From Candidatus Woesearchaeota archaeon (GTDB taxonomy: Archaea > Nanobdellota > Nanobdellia > SCGC-AAA011-G17 > PNOQ01): 64,000 bases of DNA. Below, piece after piece: positions 38,827-49,033 of this stretch (its first letter is position 1; each line of letters opens with the position of its first letter). The position numbers and the translations under genes were made by a program. The stretch is from NCBI GenBank assembly GCA_964603065.1, contig CAZRTL010000002.1, positions 11,292 to 75,291 on the forward strand, read 5' to 3'. A model generated the notes under the pieces. The model did no database searches and was not told the origin of the DNA. It saw only the letters and a list, made by a program, of their open reading frames with translations.

Positions 38827-40110
38827 TTATTCCTTCTTAACTAAGTCAATACACATACCTGCTGCAACTGTCTGACCTGCATCTCTAATAGCAAATCTTG
38901 ACATTTGTGGTATTTCACCTTGTTTTTCAATAACTAAAGGTTTTGTAGGAACGATTTTTACAATTGCTGCATCTCCATTCTTTAGCATATCTGGATTCTC
39001 TTCAATAACTTCACCAGTTGCTGCGTTAATTTTCTTAACTAACTCAGTAATTTGGCAAGCTACTTGAGCTGTATGTATGTGGAATACCGGAGTATATCCA
39101 ACAGTCAGTACGCTAGGATGGTTTAATACAACAATTTGTGCTGTAAATTCCTTTGCTAAGGTTGGTACATTATCAGATTTTCCTAGAACATCTCCTCTAG
39201 CGATATCTTTCTTACCAATTCCCCTTACACCAAAACCTACATTATCTCCAGGAATTGCTTCTTGGATTTGTTCGTGGTGCATTTCAATAGTCTTACATTC
39301 TCCTGAAACACCTTTACCTTCTCTACCCGGTACAACAGTAACTTTGTCCCCTACCTTCATAGTTCCAGTTTCAACTCTTCCAACAGGTACAACTCCAATA
39401 CCAGCGATGTTATACACATCTTGAATTGGCAACCTTAATGGAAGTCCAGTTGGTTTTTCAGGTTCAGTAAATACGTCTAATTGTTCTAATAATGTTGGAC
39501 CAGTGTACCAAGCCATCTTTTCAGATTTCTTAGCGATATTATCTCCTTCTAGAGCACTTGCCGGAATAAAAGCAACTTGGTCAGGATTATATCCAACAGT
39601 TTTTAATAAGTTAGATACATCTTCCTTAACTTTATTATACTTATCTTCAGCAAAATCAACAGTATCCATTTTATTAACTAAAACAGATATTTGATTAACT
39701 CCAAGAGTTTTACACAAGAATACGTGTTCTTTAGTTTGTGCCATAACAGAATCTGTAGCAGCAACAACTAAAACACCTACATCAGCTTGACTTGCTCCTG
39801 TAATCATGTTCTTAATAAAATCTCTGTGTCCAGGTGCATCAATTATAGTATACTCAAACTTAGATGTGTTGAATTTCTTATGACTTAAATCAATAGTAAC
39901 TCCTCTTTCTCTTTCTTCTTTTAAGTTATCCATAACAAATGCGAACTCAAATCCACCTTTTCCAAGCTCTTCAGCTTTTTCTTTCAGTTTTCTCATTGTT
40001 TGTTCATCAATATTTCCAGAATCAAACATCAATCTACCTACAGAAGTGGACTTACCGTGGTCAACGTGACCAACGAATACAATGTTTACGTGTGGTTTTT
40101 CTTTAGCCAT
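38827..40110 (-). CDS. tuf: Translation elongation factor EF-1alpha
   Basis: [36 protein letters not shown]. Confidence 0.99.
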   Translation of the reverse strand: MAKEKPHVNIVFVGHVDHGKSTSVGRLMFDSGNIDEQTMRKLKEKAEELGKGGFEFAFVMDNLKEERERGVTIDLSHKKFNTSKFEYTIIDAPGHRDFIKNMITGASQADVGVLVVAATDSVMAQTKEHVFLCKTLGVNQISVLVNKMDTVDFAEDKYNKVKEDVSNLLKTVGYNPDQVAFIPASALEGDNIAKKSEKMAWYTGPTLLEQLDVFTEPEKPTGLPLRLPIQDVYNIAGIGVVPVGRVETGTMKVGDKVTVVPGREGKGVSGECKTIEMHHEQIQEAIPGDNVGFGVRGIGKKDIARGDVLGKSDNVPTLAKEFTAQIVVLNHPSVLTVGYTPVFHIHTAQVACQITELVKKINAATGEVIEENPDMLKNGDAAIVKIVPTKPLVIEKQGEIPQMSRFAIRDAGQTVAAGMCIDLVKKE

Positions 40111-40183
40111 TATTATTCCTCCATAAATGAATATTAATTAGATATGAGAAAAATTACCCATTTATAAAGGTTTCTACTGAAAA

Positions 40184-40462
40184 TCAAACTCCGATCTTAA
40201 AGTGTTCCATAATATCTAAAATATGATTCAAGGTTTTATCAAATTTTCCAAAATCTCTTTCTTTAAATTCTTTAAATGTTTCATTTGGATATTTTCCATC
40301 TTTAATCATACTTATTCTCAGGACTAAACCTGTTCTTTTACTAGCTTTTCTATGTGCTAAGGCAGAACAAGGAGGCAATAATCTTAACTTAGTGTCAAAC
40401 TCTCTATACAAATTTAATGTATATCTATCCTTTATCCTACTATACAGTTCATTCTTATCCAT
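40184..40462 (-). CDS. Hypothetical protein
   Basis: 92-aa ORF between fusA and tuf. Confidence 0.55.
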   Translation of the reverse strand: MDKNELYSRIKDRYTLNLYREFDTKLRLLPPCSALAHRKASKRTGLVLRISMIKDGKYPNETFKEFKERDFGKFDKTLNHILDIMEHFKIGV

Positions 40463-40573
40463 TTTTCAAACAAAAAATCCCAAAAACATGGGTATCAAAA
40501 CGATCAATTACTATACTATAAGGGAAAAAAGTGAATTTAAAAGGCTTTCGAATATGCTAAAATATCATTCTAT

Positions 40574-40837
40574 CTATTCATTTTGAGGAAAATACTTCCA
40601 TTCACAAAAAATACACTTCTCTTTTCTACTACGGGCTCTACAATAACCTTCCCTGTCAGCAACTTCTGACCTAGGTGTAAAATAGTCGCACATGACTCCA
40701 AAAGGCTCTAAATCTGCATTAAATTTAACAAGCACTTCTAAAACTCCTTTATTTACATCTGATTCAGACACATTCTCATTCAATCTAGAACATTTTACAA
40801 CCTTTGTACTTTCTGATTCTTCCATTTTTCCCTCCAA
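40574..40837 (-). CDS. Small Cys-rich hypothetical protein
   Basis: 87 aa, five Cys including CIFC; GGAGGG SD. Confidence 0.6.
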   Translation of the reverse strand: MEGKMEESESTKVVKCSRLNENVSESDVNKGVLEVLVKFNADLEPFGVMCDYFTPRSEVADREGYCRARSRKEKCIFCEWKYFPQNE

Positions 40838-40873
40838 ATTACCTAAGAAAGAGAATAAAGTAAAATATTAAAA

Positions 40874-43039
40874 CTATTCGTTTTCGCCCAAACCTTTCCT
40901 AGTTCTAATCTTCTTAATAACTTCAGCTTTAAGATTGACAGGCAAAGTTTCGAACATTTGATCGACTAAATACTGGCTACCACGACCAGAAGTTACACTC
41001 CTAAGCTCAGAAGCAATTCCAAACATTTCAGCCACAGGAAGTTTAGCTTTGACAGAGATATGCTCTCCTTGTTGATCAACATTAATTAATTGTCCTCTCT
41101 TATTCTGAATCATAGTACTTAAATTACCTAAAAATTCAGATGGACTATCAAATTGCATAATTTGAATAGGTTCTAAAATACTTGCACCAGCCGACATCAT
41201 GCTATTTTTAATAGACTCCCTAATTGCAGGATAAACCTGAGCAGGACCTCTATGAATGGCATCTTCATGAAGTTTCATATCCATAATTCTAATTCTCATT
41301 TTAGCACAAGGTTCCCTTGCCAATGGACCAGCGTTTATAACTTGTTGAAACCCATCCATAATCATTTCAATAACCTCTCCAATATGAACAACTCCTCTGG
41401 TATCATCAACCATAACATTTCCTTTGTAAATATATCTATATCTTTGAGCAGACTTAGTATCCAAACCAAGTTCAACCAATTTACCAACAACCACTGGATC
41501 TTTTTTCTTTACTCTTCCTTCTGGTAATTCACCAGATTTAATAGCTTCATAAATATTATCTTCTAAAGGTTCAACAACAATATAGAACTTATTATGTTTA
41601 TTTGGACTTTTTCCTTCTTCTTCATTCCCGGTTTTTGTTGCAGTTTCTCTATAAACAACAATAGGAGGACTAGTTTTAACATCCAATCCTTTTTCTGATT
41701 TAATTCTATTCTCAATAATTTCTAAATGTAATTCACCCATTCCACTAATCAAGTTCTCCCCTGTCTCTTCATTAATTTCAACTTTAATACTTGGATCCTC
41801 TTTTCCAACCTGCCTTAAAACTTCAATTAATTTAGCTAAATCGGCTGCTTTATTAGCTTCAATAGATTTAGTAATAACTGGTTCAAATATATGTTTAATT
41901 TCTTCAAAGGGCATCATTGGAACTGTAGAAACAGTCTCTCCAGCAAAAGTATCTCTTAATCCCACTAAACCAACTATATTTCCACAAGGAATTTCATCCA
42001 TCATAGTTCTTTGTGAACCTTTGTAAATAGAAACTTGTTGTAATCTAACTTTTTTCTTAGCCATATTCAAGTAAATTTCGTCTCCTTGCCTAACAGTTCC
42101 AGAAAATAATCTTCCTGTTGCAACTTCACCAGCATGTTTATCCACAACAATTTTAGTAACAATCAAACCAACATTTCCCTTAGGATCACAATTAACCAAT
42201 GCTTTACCCTCAGAACTGTCAACATCCCCATGCCAAATTTTAGGAATTCTATATTTTTGAGCATCAACAGGATTAGGATGATGTTTAATACTCATATCTA
42301 AAACAACTTCATGAATTGGAGCTTTTTTTGCCAATTCTTTCTGAGTTTCGTTTTCATAAGCATCTATAATATCTTTAAATGTAATATTATTCTTTTGCAT
42401 GTAAGGTAAACTTATTCCCCAATTATGAAATGCAGAACCAAAAGCCACAGAACCATCTTGAATATTAACTTTCCACTTCTCTTTCAAATCTTCAGGAGCA
42501 ATTTGTTCTATGAACTTATTAATATGAGTAATGATATCAACAAATTTTTGCTGCATAGCTTCGGGAGTTAATTTAACTTCTTTGATTAATCTATCAACTT
42601 TATTAATAAATAAAACTGGTTTAACTCTTTCTCTTAAAGCTTGTTTCAAAACAGTTTCAGTCTGAGGCATAATACCTTCAACAGCACAACATAAAACTAC
42701 TGCACCATCAACAGCTCTCATAGCCCTAGTAACATCCCCTCCAAAATCAACATGACCAGGAGTATCAATCAAGTTAATTAGAAAATCTTTATCATCAACA
42801 GTGTGTAGCATAGAAACGGATGCAGAATCAATAGTAATTCCTCTTTCAGATTCATCAGCGTGGAAATCTAAAGCTCTTTGTTCACCTGCTAACTCTTCAG
42901 AAAGCATTCCAGCACCAGCTAATAAATTATCAGAAAATGTTGTTTTACCGTGATCAATATGCGCACTAATAGCGATATTCCTTATAAATTCTGGAGTATC
43001 CATGATTTTATGAATATTTTCAGTTATTTTATCTGCCAT
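40874..43039 (-). CDS. fusA: Translation elongation factor EF-2 (archaeal)
   Basis: AHIDHGKTT, ERGITI, DTPGHVDF, diphthamide loop HEDAIHRG. Confidence 0.99.
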   Translation of the reverse strand: MADKITENIHKIMDTPEFIRNIAISAHIDHGKTTFSDNLLAGAGMLSEELAGEQRALDFHADESERGITIDSASVSMLHTVDDKDFLINLIDTPGHVDFGGDVTRAMRAVDGAVVLCCAVEGIMPQTETVLKQALRERVKPVLFINKVDRLIKEVKLTPEAMQQKFVDIITHINKFIEQIAPEDLKEKWKVNIQDGSVAFGSAFHNWGISLPYMQKNNITFKDIIDAYENETQKELAKKAPIHEVVLDMSIKHHPNPVDAQKYRIPKIWHGDVDSSEGKALVNCDPKGNVGLIVTKIVVDKHAGEVATGRLFSGTVRQGDEIYLNMAKKKVRLQQVSIYKGSQRTMMDEIPCGNIVGLVGLRDTFAGETVSTVPMMPFEEIKHIFEPVITKSIEANKAADLAKLIEVLRQVGKEDPSIKVEINEETGENLISGMGELHLEIIENRIKSEKGLDVKTSPPIVVYRETATKTGNEEEGKSPNKHNKFYIVVEPLEDNIYEAIKSGELPEGRVKKKDPVVVGKLVELGLDTKSAQRYRYIYKGNVMVDDTRGVVHIGEVIEMIMDGFQQVINAGPLAREPCAKMRIRIMDMKLHEDAIHRGPAQVYPAIRESIKNSMMSAGASILEPIQIMQFDSPSEFLGNLSTMIQNKRGQLINVDQQGEHISVKAKLPVAEMFGIASELRSVTSGRGSQYLVDQMFETLPVNLKAEVIKKIRTRKGLGENE

Positions 43040-43088
43040 ATTTATTTAACCTTCATTAATATAGTCAAACTTGGATTGGACTCTCTTT

Positions 43089-44003
43089 TTAAAGTTTACG
43101 TTTTAATTTTCTCTTAAATAAATGATTTTTTAATCTACACCACTTTTCAGTATTTTTTTCAAATAAAATTAGTGATTTTTTCAAATCTCTCACTCTCATA
43201 GAAATTCTATGTCTCCCATATTTATCAGATTTTTTATTAATGTGAGGATCAAATCCTAATTCAACAAGCATCGAATATACTTCTTTGATAAATCTTCCAT
43301 TTTTTAACATCAAAGAAACATGGCCATTATCTCTAGCAACTGAACCATCAAACATAAAAATTCCTCTCAAAAAAGCAATTTTTATATTTTTACTTGAATT
43401 TTTTATATATTCGGGAATAATAAAAATCTCTGTTTTACGGCCAACCGGCATTTTTAAAATTTTGCTAAAAAATTCAAAAATAACTCTATTGCTAATATAA
43501 ACCTCATAATGATTTTTTCTATCCTTTGGTGTTATTCCATATTCAAAGCAATGATTAAACCAATCACAAAAAGATTCTACTGCTCTCTGATATTCTTCTC
43601 TTAATACTAACTCATATCTAATGCAATCCCTATTATGTCTTTTTGAATTTCTTGTTCTCAAATGACCATCGGCCAAATGTGCTCCAATAATTTTTGCCAA
43701 CCTTACATCTAGTTTTTTAGGGAATTTAATTAATTTCATATCCCAATAACTCTCAAAATAATTTATATCGCTTGAAAAATCAATATTATATTTCTCTTTT
43801 AGTATCTTAAAAAATTTTAAAGGTATAGATCTTCTCCTATTCAACCATCTCCACAAAGTTCCTGGAATTATTTTCATATCTTTAGAAATATCTTTCTTTT
43901 TAAATGGAGATATTGCTTCTATTATTTTTTTATTAAATTCTTCATTAACTAAAACTTTAACGGTATTATCATCTGGACACATATCATAAATATTAAATTC
44001 CAT
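43089..44003 (-). CDS. Free-standing LAGLIDADG endonuclease-like protein with N-terminal HTH
   Basis: Two motifs IIGAHLADGH and FLRGIFMFDGS; HTH-like KKDISKDMKIIPGTLWRW. Confidence 0.85.
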   Translation of the reverse strand: MEFNIYDMCPDDNTVKVLVNEEFNKKIIEAISPFKKKDISKDMKIIPGTLWRWLNRRRSIPLKFFKILKEKYNIDFSSDINYFESYWDMKLIKFPKKLDVRLAKIIGAHLADGHLRTRNSKRHNRDCIRYELVLREEYQRAVESFCDWFNHCFEYGITPKDRKNHYEVYISNRVIFEFFSKILKMPVGRKTEIFIIPEYIKNSSKNIKIAFLRGIFMFDGSVARDNGHVSLMLKNGRFIKEVYSMLVELGFDPHINKKSDKYGRHRISMRVRDLKKSLILFEKNTEKWCRLKNHLFKRKLKRKL

Positions 44004-44042
44004 AAGATAAAAATATAAAAATTAGTTTATAAACAATTTCCC

Positions 44043-44072
44043 CGTGTGTGACAAGCTGACAAGAAAACTTTT
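44043..44072. repeat. Dispersed ~30-bp repeat, copy B (copy A 9449..9480)
   Basis: CGTGTGTGACAAGCTGACAAGAAAACTTTT. Confidence 0.6.
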
Positions 44073-44074
44073 GC

Positions 44075-44404
44075 TTAATTGTATAAAGGTCTTCCTTCAA
44101 AATGAATCAGATAAACTAACTCTCTAACACGATCCCTTACTTTTGGTTGGTCTGCATCGGCATAACTTAAACCGTGATAGTTTAACCAGTGTTTATTATC
44201 AGAAAAATCTTTTATTTTACCTTCCAAAAATCTAGAATCTTCTTCGTTCAAAAAACCAATACCCCATCTTGCCCACTTACCTTCTTCTTTTTCTAAAACT
44301 CTCTTTCCAGTAAAGGGAATAACATCTGCAGGTTCTTTTCTAATTGGAATTATTTTTCTTTCTCCAAAACCCAGGATATCTTTAATATTAATTATTTCTG
44401 CCAT
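44075..44404 (-). CDS. Hypothetical protein (ORFan) preceded by conserved upstream element
   Basis: 109-aa ORF. Confidence 0.6.
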   Translation of the reverse strand: MAEIINIKDILGFGERKIIPIRKEPADVIPFTGKRVLEKEEGKWARWGIGFLNEEDSRFLEGKIKDFSDNKHWLNYHGLSYADADQPKVRDRVRELVYLIHFEGRPLYN

Positions 44405-44432
44405 CTTTCTTTAAATTATAATATATTATACC

Positions 44433-44477
44433 CTTTATAAATCTTTCTATTTGTAACTACTGAATAAAAACAACAAA
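44433..44477 (-). promoter_or_regulatory. Conserved upstream element plus BRE/TATA, copy 5
   Basis: Sense strand TTTTGTTGTTTTTATTCAGTAGTTACAAATAGAAAGATTTATAAAG. Confidence 0.72.
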
Positions 44478-44509
44478 ATATAGATAAATTAACTATAAAC
44501 AACTATTGT

Positions 44510-44977
44510 ATGAAAAAACTATTATTTTTACTGATATTAATCTTAATTTCTTCTTGCACATACACTGGTGAAACAACTTTAGAAAAACCACTAGAAGGAC
44601 CTTATCTAGTAACAGAAGTAATTGATGGAGATACAGCAGACATAATAATCAACGGAAAAATAGAAAGATTAAGATTCTCTGGAGTTAACACACCCGAAAC
44701 AGATGAATGTTATTATCAGGAAGCAAAAGATAAACTAAAAGAACTAATTCTAAATAAAGAAGTTTACATACAACAAGATAAAACAGATAGAGGAAAATAC
44801 GGGAGACTTCTAAGATATATTTACGTAGATGATTTACTAGTCAACCAATATTTAGTGGAAAACGGCTATGCAAAAACCTACCATAAATATAAAGACGACA
44901 CTTCCAAATATGAATTATTAGCAAGATCAGAGGCCGAAGCAATAAGATTAAATCTTGGACTTTGGAAGAACTGCTAA
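44510..44977 (+). CDS. Thermonuclease (staphylococcal nuclease-like) lipoprotein
   Basis: VIDGDT, RFSGVNTPE, DRGKYGRLLRY, GLW; leader ending ISSC. Confidence 0.93.
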   Translation: MKKLLFLLILILISSCTYTGETTLEKPLEGPYLVTEVIDGDTADIIINGKIERLRFSGVNTPETDECYYQEAKDKLKELILNKEVYIQQDKTDRGKYGRLLRYIYVDDLLVNQYLVENGYAKTYHKYKDDTSKYELLARSEAEAIRLNLGLWKNC

Positions 44978-45427
44978 ACTAATACCTATTTTTCTAGCAT
45001 ACTCTTCGGACATTCTCAAATATTCCTTCATCTCATAAGTTGTGTAAATATCAATCCCCATTTTTTTTAATTGTTTTCTTCTACTTCGAGATACAGAGCC
45101 TGTGTGATGAATTGTGCAATCTTCTAAACTTCCGTACATATTGACTAGGACATCAGAAAGTTTTCTATTTGCCAAAACATGGGTTAATGTTCCCAAACCT
45201 TTTTTTCTTGCCCCAGATATATTCCTTAAAGGGTAGAAGTCAGTCCACAACACTGATTTTCTATTCATAAAAACACAAGCAGATGCATCCCCCATATCAT
45301 GATTTCCTAAAGAAAACTGAAAATAATATTTTTCCCTATTATAAAAACAATTATCTCTAAAAAGATTACCTCTCAAAAAAATTAATGGATTTTCCTGAAT
45401 TTCCTTTTCTAAATTTTTAAATTTCAT
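44948..45427 (-). CDS. Hypothetical protein with possible GNAT acetyl-CoA-binding motif
   Basis: ARKKGLGT resembles motif A; ATGA-coupled to ABC permease. Confidence 0.4.
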   Translation of the reverse strand: MKFKNLEKEIQENPLIFLRGNLFRDNCFYNREKYYFQFSLGNHDMGDASACVFMNRKSVLWTDFYPLRNISGARKKGLGTLTHVLANRKLSDVLVNMYGSLEDCTIHHTGSVSRSRRKQLKKMGIDIYTTYEMKEYLRMSEEYARKIGISLAVLPKSKI

Positions 45428-46635
45428 TCATACCTCAAGCTTTCAACGGGCCTTAATTCAGAAGCCCTCTTAGCAGGGAAATAACCTGCAATAACTCCAA
45501 CCAAAGTTGCAAATAGCAAACATCCAAAAATTAAATACCATGGAAATATGGGTTGCAAGGCCGCAAAACCAGATTCAGCAGATATCTTACCTCCAACTGA
45601 GGATGTAATATAACCGAATATAACTCCAACTAAACCTCCAATAAAGCCCAAAACACCAGATTCAAATAAAAATATATTCATAATACTCGAATTTCTAGCA
45701 CCAATACTTTTCATAACTCCAATTTCTTTAGTTCTCTCTAAAACTGCAGTGTACATTGTATTCATAATATTCACAGTAGCAATAATCAAAGAAATAAAAG
45801 CTATTAAAAACAAAATTCCATTTAAAACATTAATTACATTCGAAAATGTAGCCAAGGCATCCTCAAAAGTTTGAACAAAAAAATCTTCCTTTCCCTCTTC
45901 TTGTCCCTTAAACTTTCTTAGCTTGTCTTCAACCTTATCGGCCAAGTCACCAGAATCAACTCCACTAGCTGAACTTAGCATAATATACCCATATTTATTT
46001 TCTTTTTCAGGAAATAACTCTTCAAAAGTTTCTTCAATAACATAAAGATTAGAATCATCTCCGGGATTTCCAATCTCCTCATAGAAACCAACTATCTTGA
46101 AAGTTTCGTCTTTAATTTCAACTTTATTCCCCAATGCTAAACCCTTGCTAAAAATTTTACCATCTATTTGATAATTATAACCCAAAACAATTTTCCTAGA
46201 ATCTCCCTCTTTTAAATTTCTACCTTCCTCTATCTCAGTTGCAAAACCTTCTAAAATAAAATCAATATCTTCCGGATCAAAAGCAGTCAAAAAAGCATAT
46301 TTAGTTTCTCCTTTAGATTTAATATCTGAAATTCCCATATACATTCCAGCAACTTCATCAACCCCATTTATTTTTTTAACAAAATCTATGTCTTCTCCAG
46401 TTAAAAAAAAGTTCGGGTCTGTTCCAGGCGCTCCAGTACTTTTTGCTTGAATAAAGATTTTATCAACTCCTGCCTCTTCAGCTATAGTATCAATATAATT
46501 TTGAACTCCTAGACCAAAAGAAATAATTGCAAAAATAGCAGTAATACCAATCAAAATAGACAAAATGCTCAAACTACTTCTGAGTCTTCTATTCTTCAAA
46601 CTTTGTAGTGAATATTTTATCTCATCTATTTTCAT
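45424..46635 (-). CDS. ABC transporter permease (MacB/FtsX family)
   Basis: RRLRSSLSILSILIG, NIMNTMYTAVLERTKEIGVMKSIGA. Confidence 0.95.
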   Translation of the reverse strand: MKIDEIKYSLQSLKNRRLRSSLSILSILIGITAIFAIISFGLGVQNYIDTIAEEAGVDKIFIQAKSTGAPGTDPNFFLTGEDIDFVKKINGVDEVAGMYMGISDIKSKGETKYAFLTAFDPEDIDFILEGFATEIEEGRNLKEGDSRKIVLGYNYQIDGKIFSKGLALGNKVEIKDETFKIVGFYEEIGNPGDDSNLYVIEETFEELFPEKENKYGYIMLSSASGVDSGDLADKVEDKLRKFKGQEEGKEDFFVQTFEDALATFSNVINVLNGILFLIAFISLIIATVNIMNTMYTAVLERTKEIGVMKSIGARNSSIMNIFLFESGVLGFIGGLVGVIFGYITSSVGGKISAESGFAALQPIFPWYLIFGCLLFATLVGVIAGYFPAKRASELRPVESLRYE

Positions 46636-47864
46636 TTTACACTCCTCAATGATTCAACGGGTTGTAATTTCGAAGCCTGAACAGCTGGCAACGTACCAAA
46701 TATAGTTCCCAAAATAAATGAAAACAACAAAGCCCCAATAATTAACTCTAACGAAACGCTAGCTTGAATTAAATCTCCACCGAGAGTCATACGGCCAACA
46801 AAAGCCAAACCATAAGCCATAATCAATCCTAAAATAACCCCAATCACACCTCCAACCAATCCTAAATATCCAGATTCAATAAAAAATAGTCCAAATATTG
46901 TTTTGTTCTTAGCTCCAATACTTTTCATAATTCCGATGTCTTTCTTCCTCTCCAAAACAGAGGTATACATCGTATTCATAATTCCAATTCCACCAACTAA
47001 TAATGAAATAACAGCAATAATTGTAACAAATAACTGAACTCCAAAAAGTATATCATTTAACTGATCTAAAGTTTGCTGAGGACTTTCAACAACAAAATCT
47101 TCTTCACCTAATTTTACTCTCCTTTCTTTACGAAGTAAGTTCTCAATATCTTCTTTAACCTTATCAATTTCGTTTACATCTTTAACTTTAACAGCAATAA
47201 CATCAACTTGATTATCTCTAGATCTCAACTCATCCAACATAATATCTTCATTAACAAAAACAGCATTGTCAAAAATAAAACTCCCTTTTTTCTCTAAAAT
47301 ACCAACTACTTCATATTTGTAGTCATTCAATAAAACTCTATCTCCAACATTTATTGCTTTTCCAAATCCAACTCCATCATCATAAAAATTAAAGCCTAAA
47401 ACTAATTTTCTCCCATCACCATCTTTCAACATTCTACCTTTAGCAGCTTTCAAATTAGCCATTTCTTCAAGAGATTTACGATCAGAACCGGAAGGGATTG
47501 ACATTGCCAAACCAATTCCCAATACATCATTAAACTCCAATGTACCACTCTCTAAATACCTATCTATAGCTACCTCAACCCCATTTATTTTTCCAATTTT
47601 ATCAGTTAATTCTGGATCTAAAGGAGTTACAACTGCACTTCCAGGGGGACCAGCAAAATCTAATCCTTCAGCTCTAACTGATAAAGTATCAGAACCTAAA
47701 AATCCGAATTGAGAAGTAATACCGACCCTCAATCCTTCACCTAAACCAATTAAAGAAACAACGGCGGCTATGCCTATGAATATTCCAATCATGGTTAACC
47801 ATGACCGCAATCTTCTATTCCTTAAATTTTTAATAGCAAAGGAGAGAGAATCTAGAAAATTCAT
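46632..47864 (-). CDS. ABC transporter permease (MacB/FtsX family), paralogue
   Basis: RRLRSWLTMIGIFIG, GIMNTMYTSVLERKKDIGIMKSIGA. Confidence 0.95.
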   Translation of the reverse strand: MNFLDSLSFAIKNLRNRRLRSWLTMIGIFIGIAAVVSLIGLGEGLRVGITSQFGFLGSDTLSVRAEGLDFAGPPGSAVVTPLDPELTDKIGKINGVEVAIDRYLESGTLEFNDVLGIGLAMSIPSGSDRKSLEEMANLKAAKGRMLKDGDGRKLVLGFNFYDDGVGFGKAINVGDRVLLNDYKYEVVGILEKKGSFIFDNAVFVNEDIMLDELRSRDNQVDVIAVKVKDVNEIDKVKEDIENLLRKERRVKLGEEDFVVESPQQTLDQLNDILFGVQLFVTIIAVISLLVGGIGIMNTMYTSVLERKKDIGIMKSIGAKNKTIFGLFFIESGYLGLVGGVIGVILGLIMAYGLAFVGRMTLGGDLIQASVSLELIIGALLFSFILGTIFGTLPAVQASKLQPVESLRSVK

Positions 47865-49033
47865 TCTTCTTCGATTCTTCTCTTTTTTCTTATTCTTCTA
47901 ATTACAAAAAATCCTACTACCACAATAAAAACTAATATTCCCCAAACTGCATTGTTATTATCATCAATTAAGCCCATTTCTTTGGCTTCCTTAGCAGTAT
48001 AACAAGTCATAGGAACACTAAACAAGTTTTTATATTCTACACTGGAATCATCTTCATACATAACATATAATTTTAAGTCAACATTTTCTTCGCCAACAAA
48101 AATTTCATATGTTAAAGTTTCGTAATCATCACTATCAACTTGACCAATGTAAAGTTTGTTTGTAGTTATTAGATTATATGTAATATCCTCATACAGATCA
48201 ACTTCCAAAAACTCTGCATCTCCCATTCCTTTATTGATTATTTTCAAATCAACTAAGTTTTTTTGGCCACAAATTAAATAATTTGTTTCAGGAATAATAT
48301 CTATTTCTGGAAGTGCTCCTACTCTAACACTAATGAAGGATGTTTTTTGATAATCTTTACCATTTTCATCTTCATATTCAATTCTAATAGGAATTTTGTA
48401 ATATCCAGATGAAGCTTCATCCAAAGCAACTATGCTAATACTGACTTCTTCCAAATCTCTTGCATCCAAACTTCCGAACTCTTTATAGCTAACTGAAGTA
48501 TATGGTGCTAAAGGCAACCCAAATAAATCCAATTCAACTTTAATATCTTCTAAATCAGTATCTCCATCGTTTTCCAAGATTATTTTCAATTCTGCCTTTT
48601 CACCTTTCTTCAAAACTTGTGGGTCTGAACTCACTGAAATAATTTGTAAACTTACTTCATTATCAATATCAATTAAAAAATCTTCAGTTATCCAATCATC
48701 AGTACCTTCTAATCTATATGCAAATCTGATTTCACTAGCCAATTCACTAGCATCGTCTTCTACATCTACTCTAAAAGTAACTTCTTCGTTATCATTTCCA
48801 CTAATTTCTAATGTTTGTAAACTTCCATGTTCTAAATAGAATGGATCTTCAACAAACAACTTTACTTCGTAAACTCCAGCGTTACCCATATTGTAAACCA
48901 TGAAGTCAACGAAAAATTTTTCACCCGGTTCAACCGGATTAGGATTAACATCCTCTAAATCTATGTTTAATTCAGCATTTACTGAAACTAAAGTTATCAT
49001 CAATGCTAACATTATTAATAATAGTTTTTTCAT
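47861..49033 (-). CDS. COG1361-type S-layer/Ig-like domain protein
   Basis: Signal peptide, PNPVEPGE, Ig-like repeats, C-terminal TM and RRIRKKRR. Confidence 0.8.
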   Translation of the reverse strand: MKKLLLIMLALMITLVSVNAELNIDLEDVNPNPVEPGEKFFVDFMVYNMGNAGVYEVKLFVEDPFYLEHGSLQTLEISGNDNEEVTFRVDVEDDASELASEIRFAYRLEGTDDWITEDFLIDIDNEVSLQIISVSSDPQVLKKGEKAELKIILENDGDTDLEDIKVELDLFGLPLAPYTSVSYKEFGSLDARDLEEVSISIVALDEASSGYYKIPIRIEYEDENGKDYQKTSFISVRVGALPEIDIIPETNYLICGQKNLVDLKIINKGMGDAEFLEVDLYEDITYNLITTNKLYIGQVDSDDYETLTYEIFVGEENVDLKLYVMYEDDSSVEYKNLFSVPMTCYTAKEAKEMGLIDDNNNAVWGILVFIVVVGFFVIRRIRKKRRIEEE

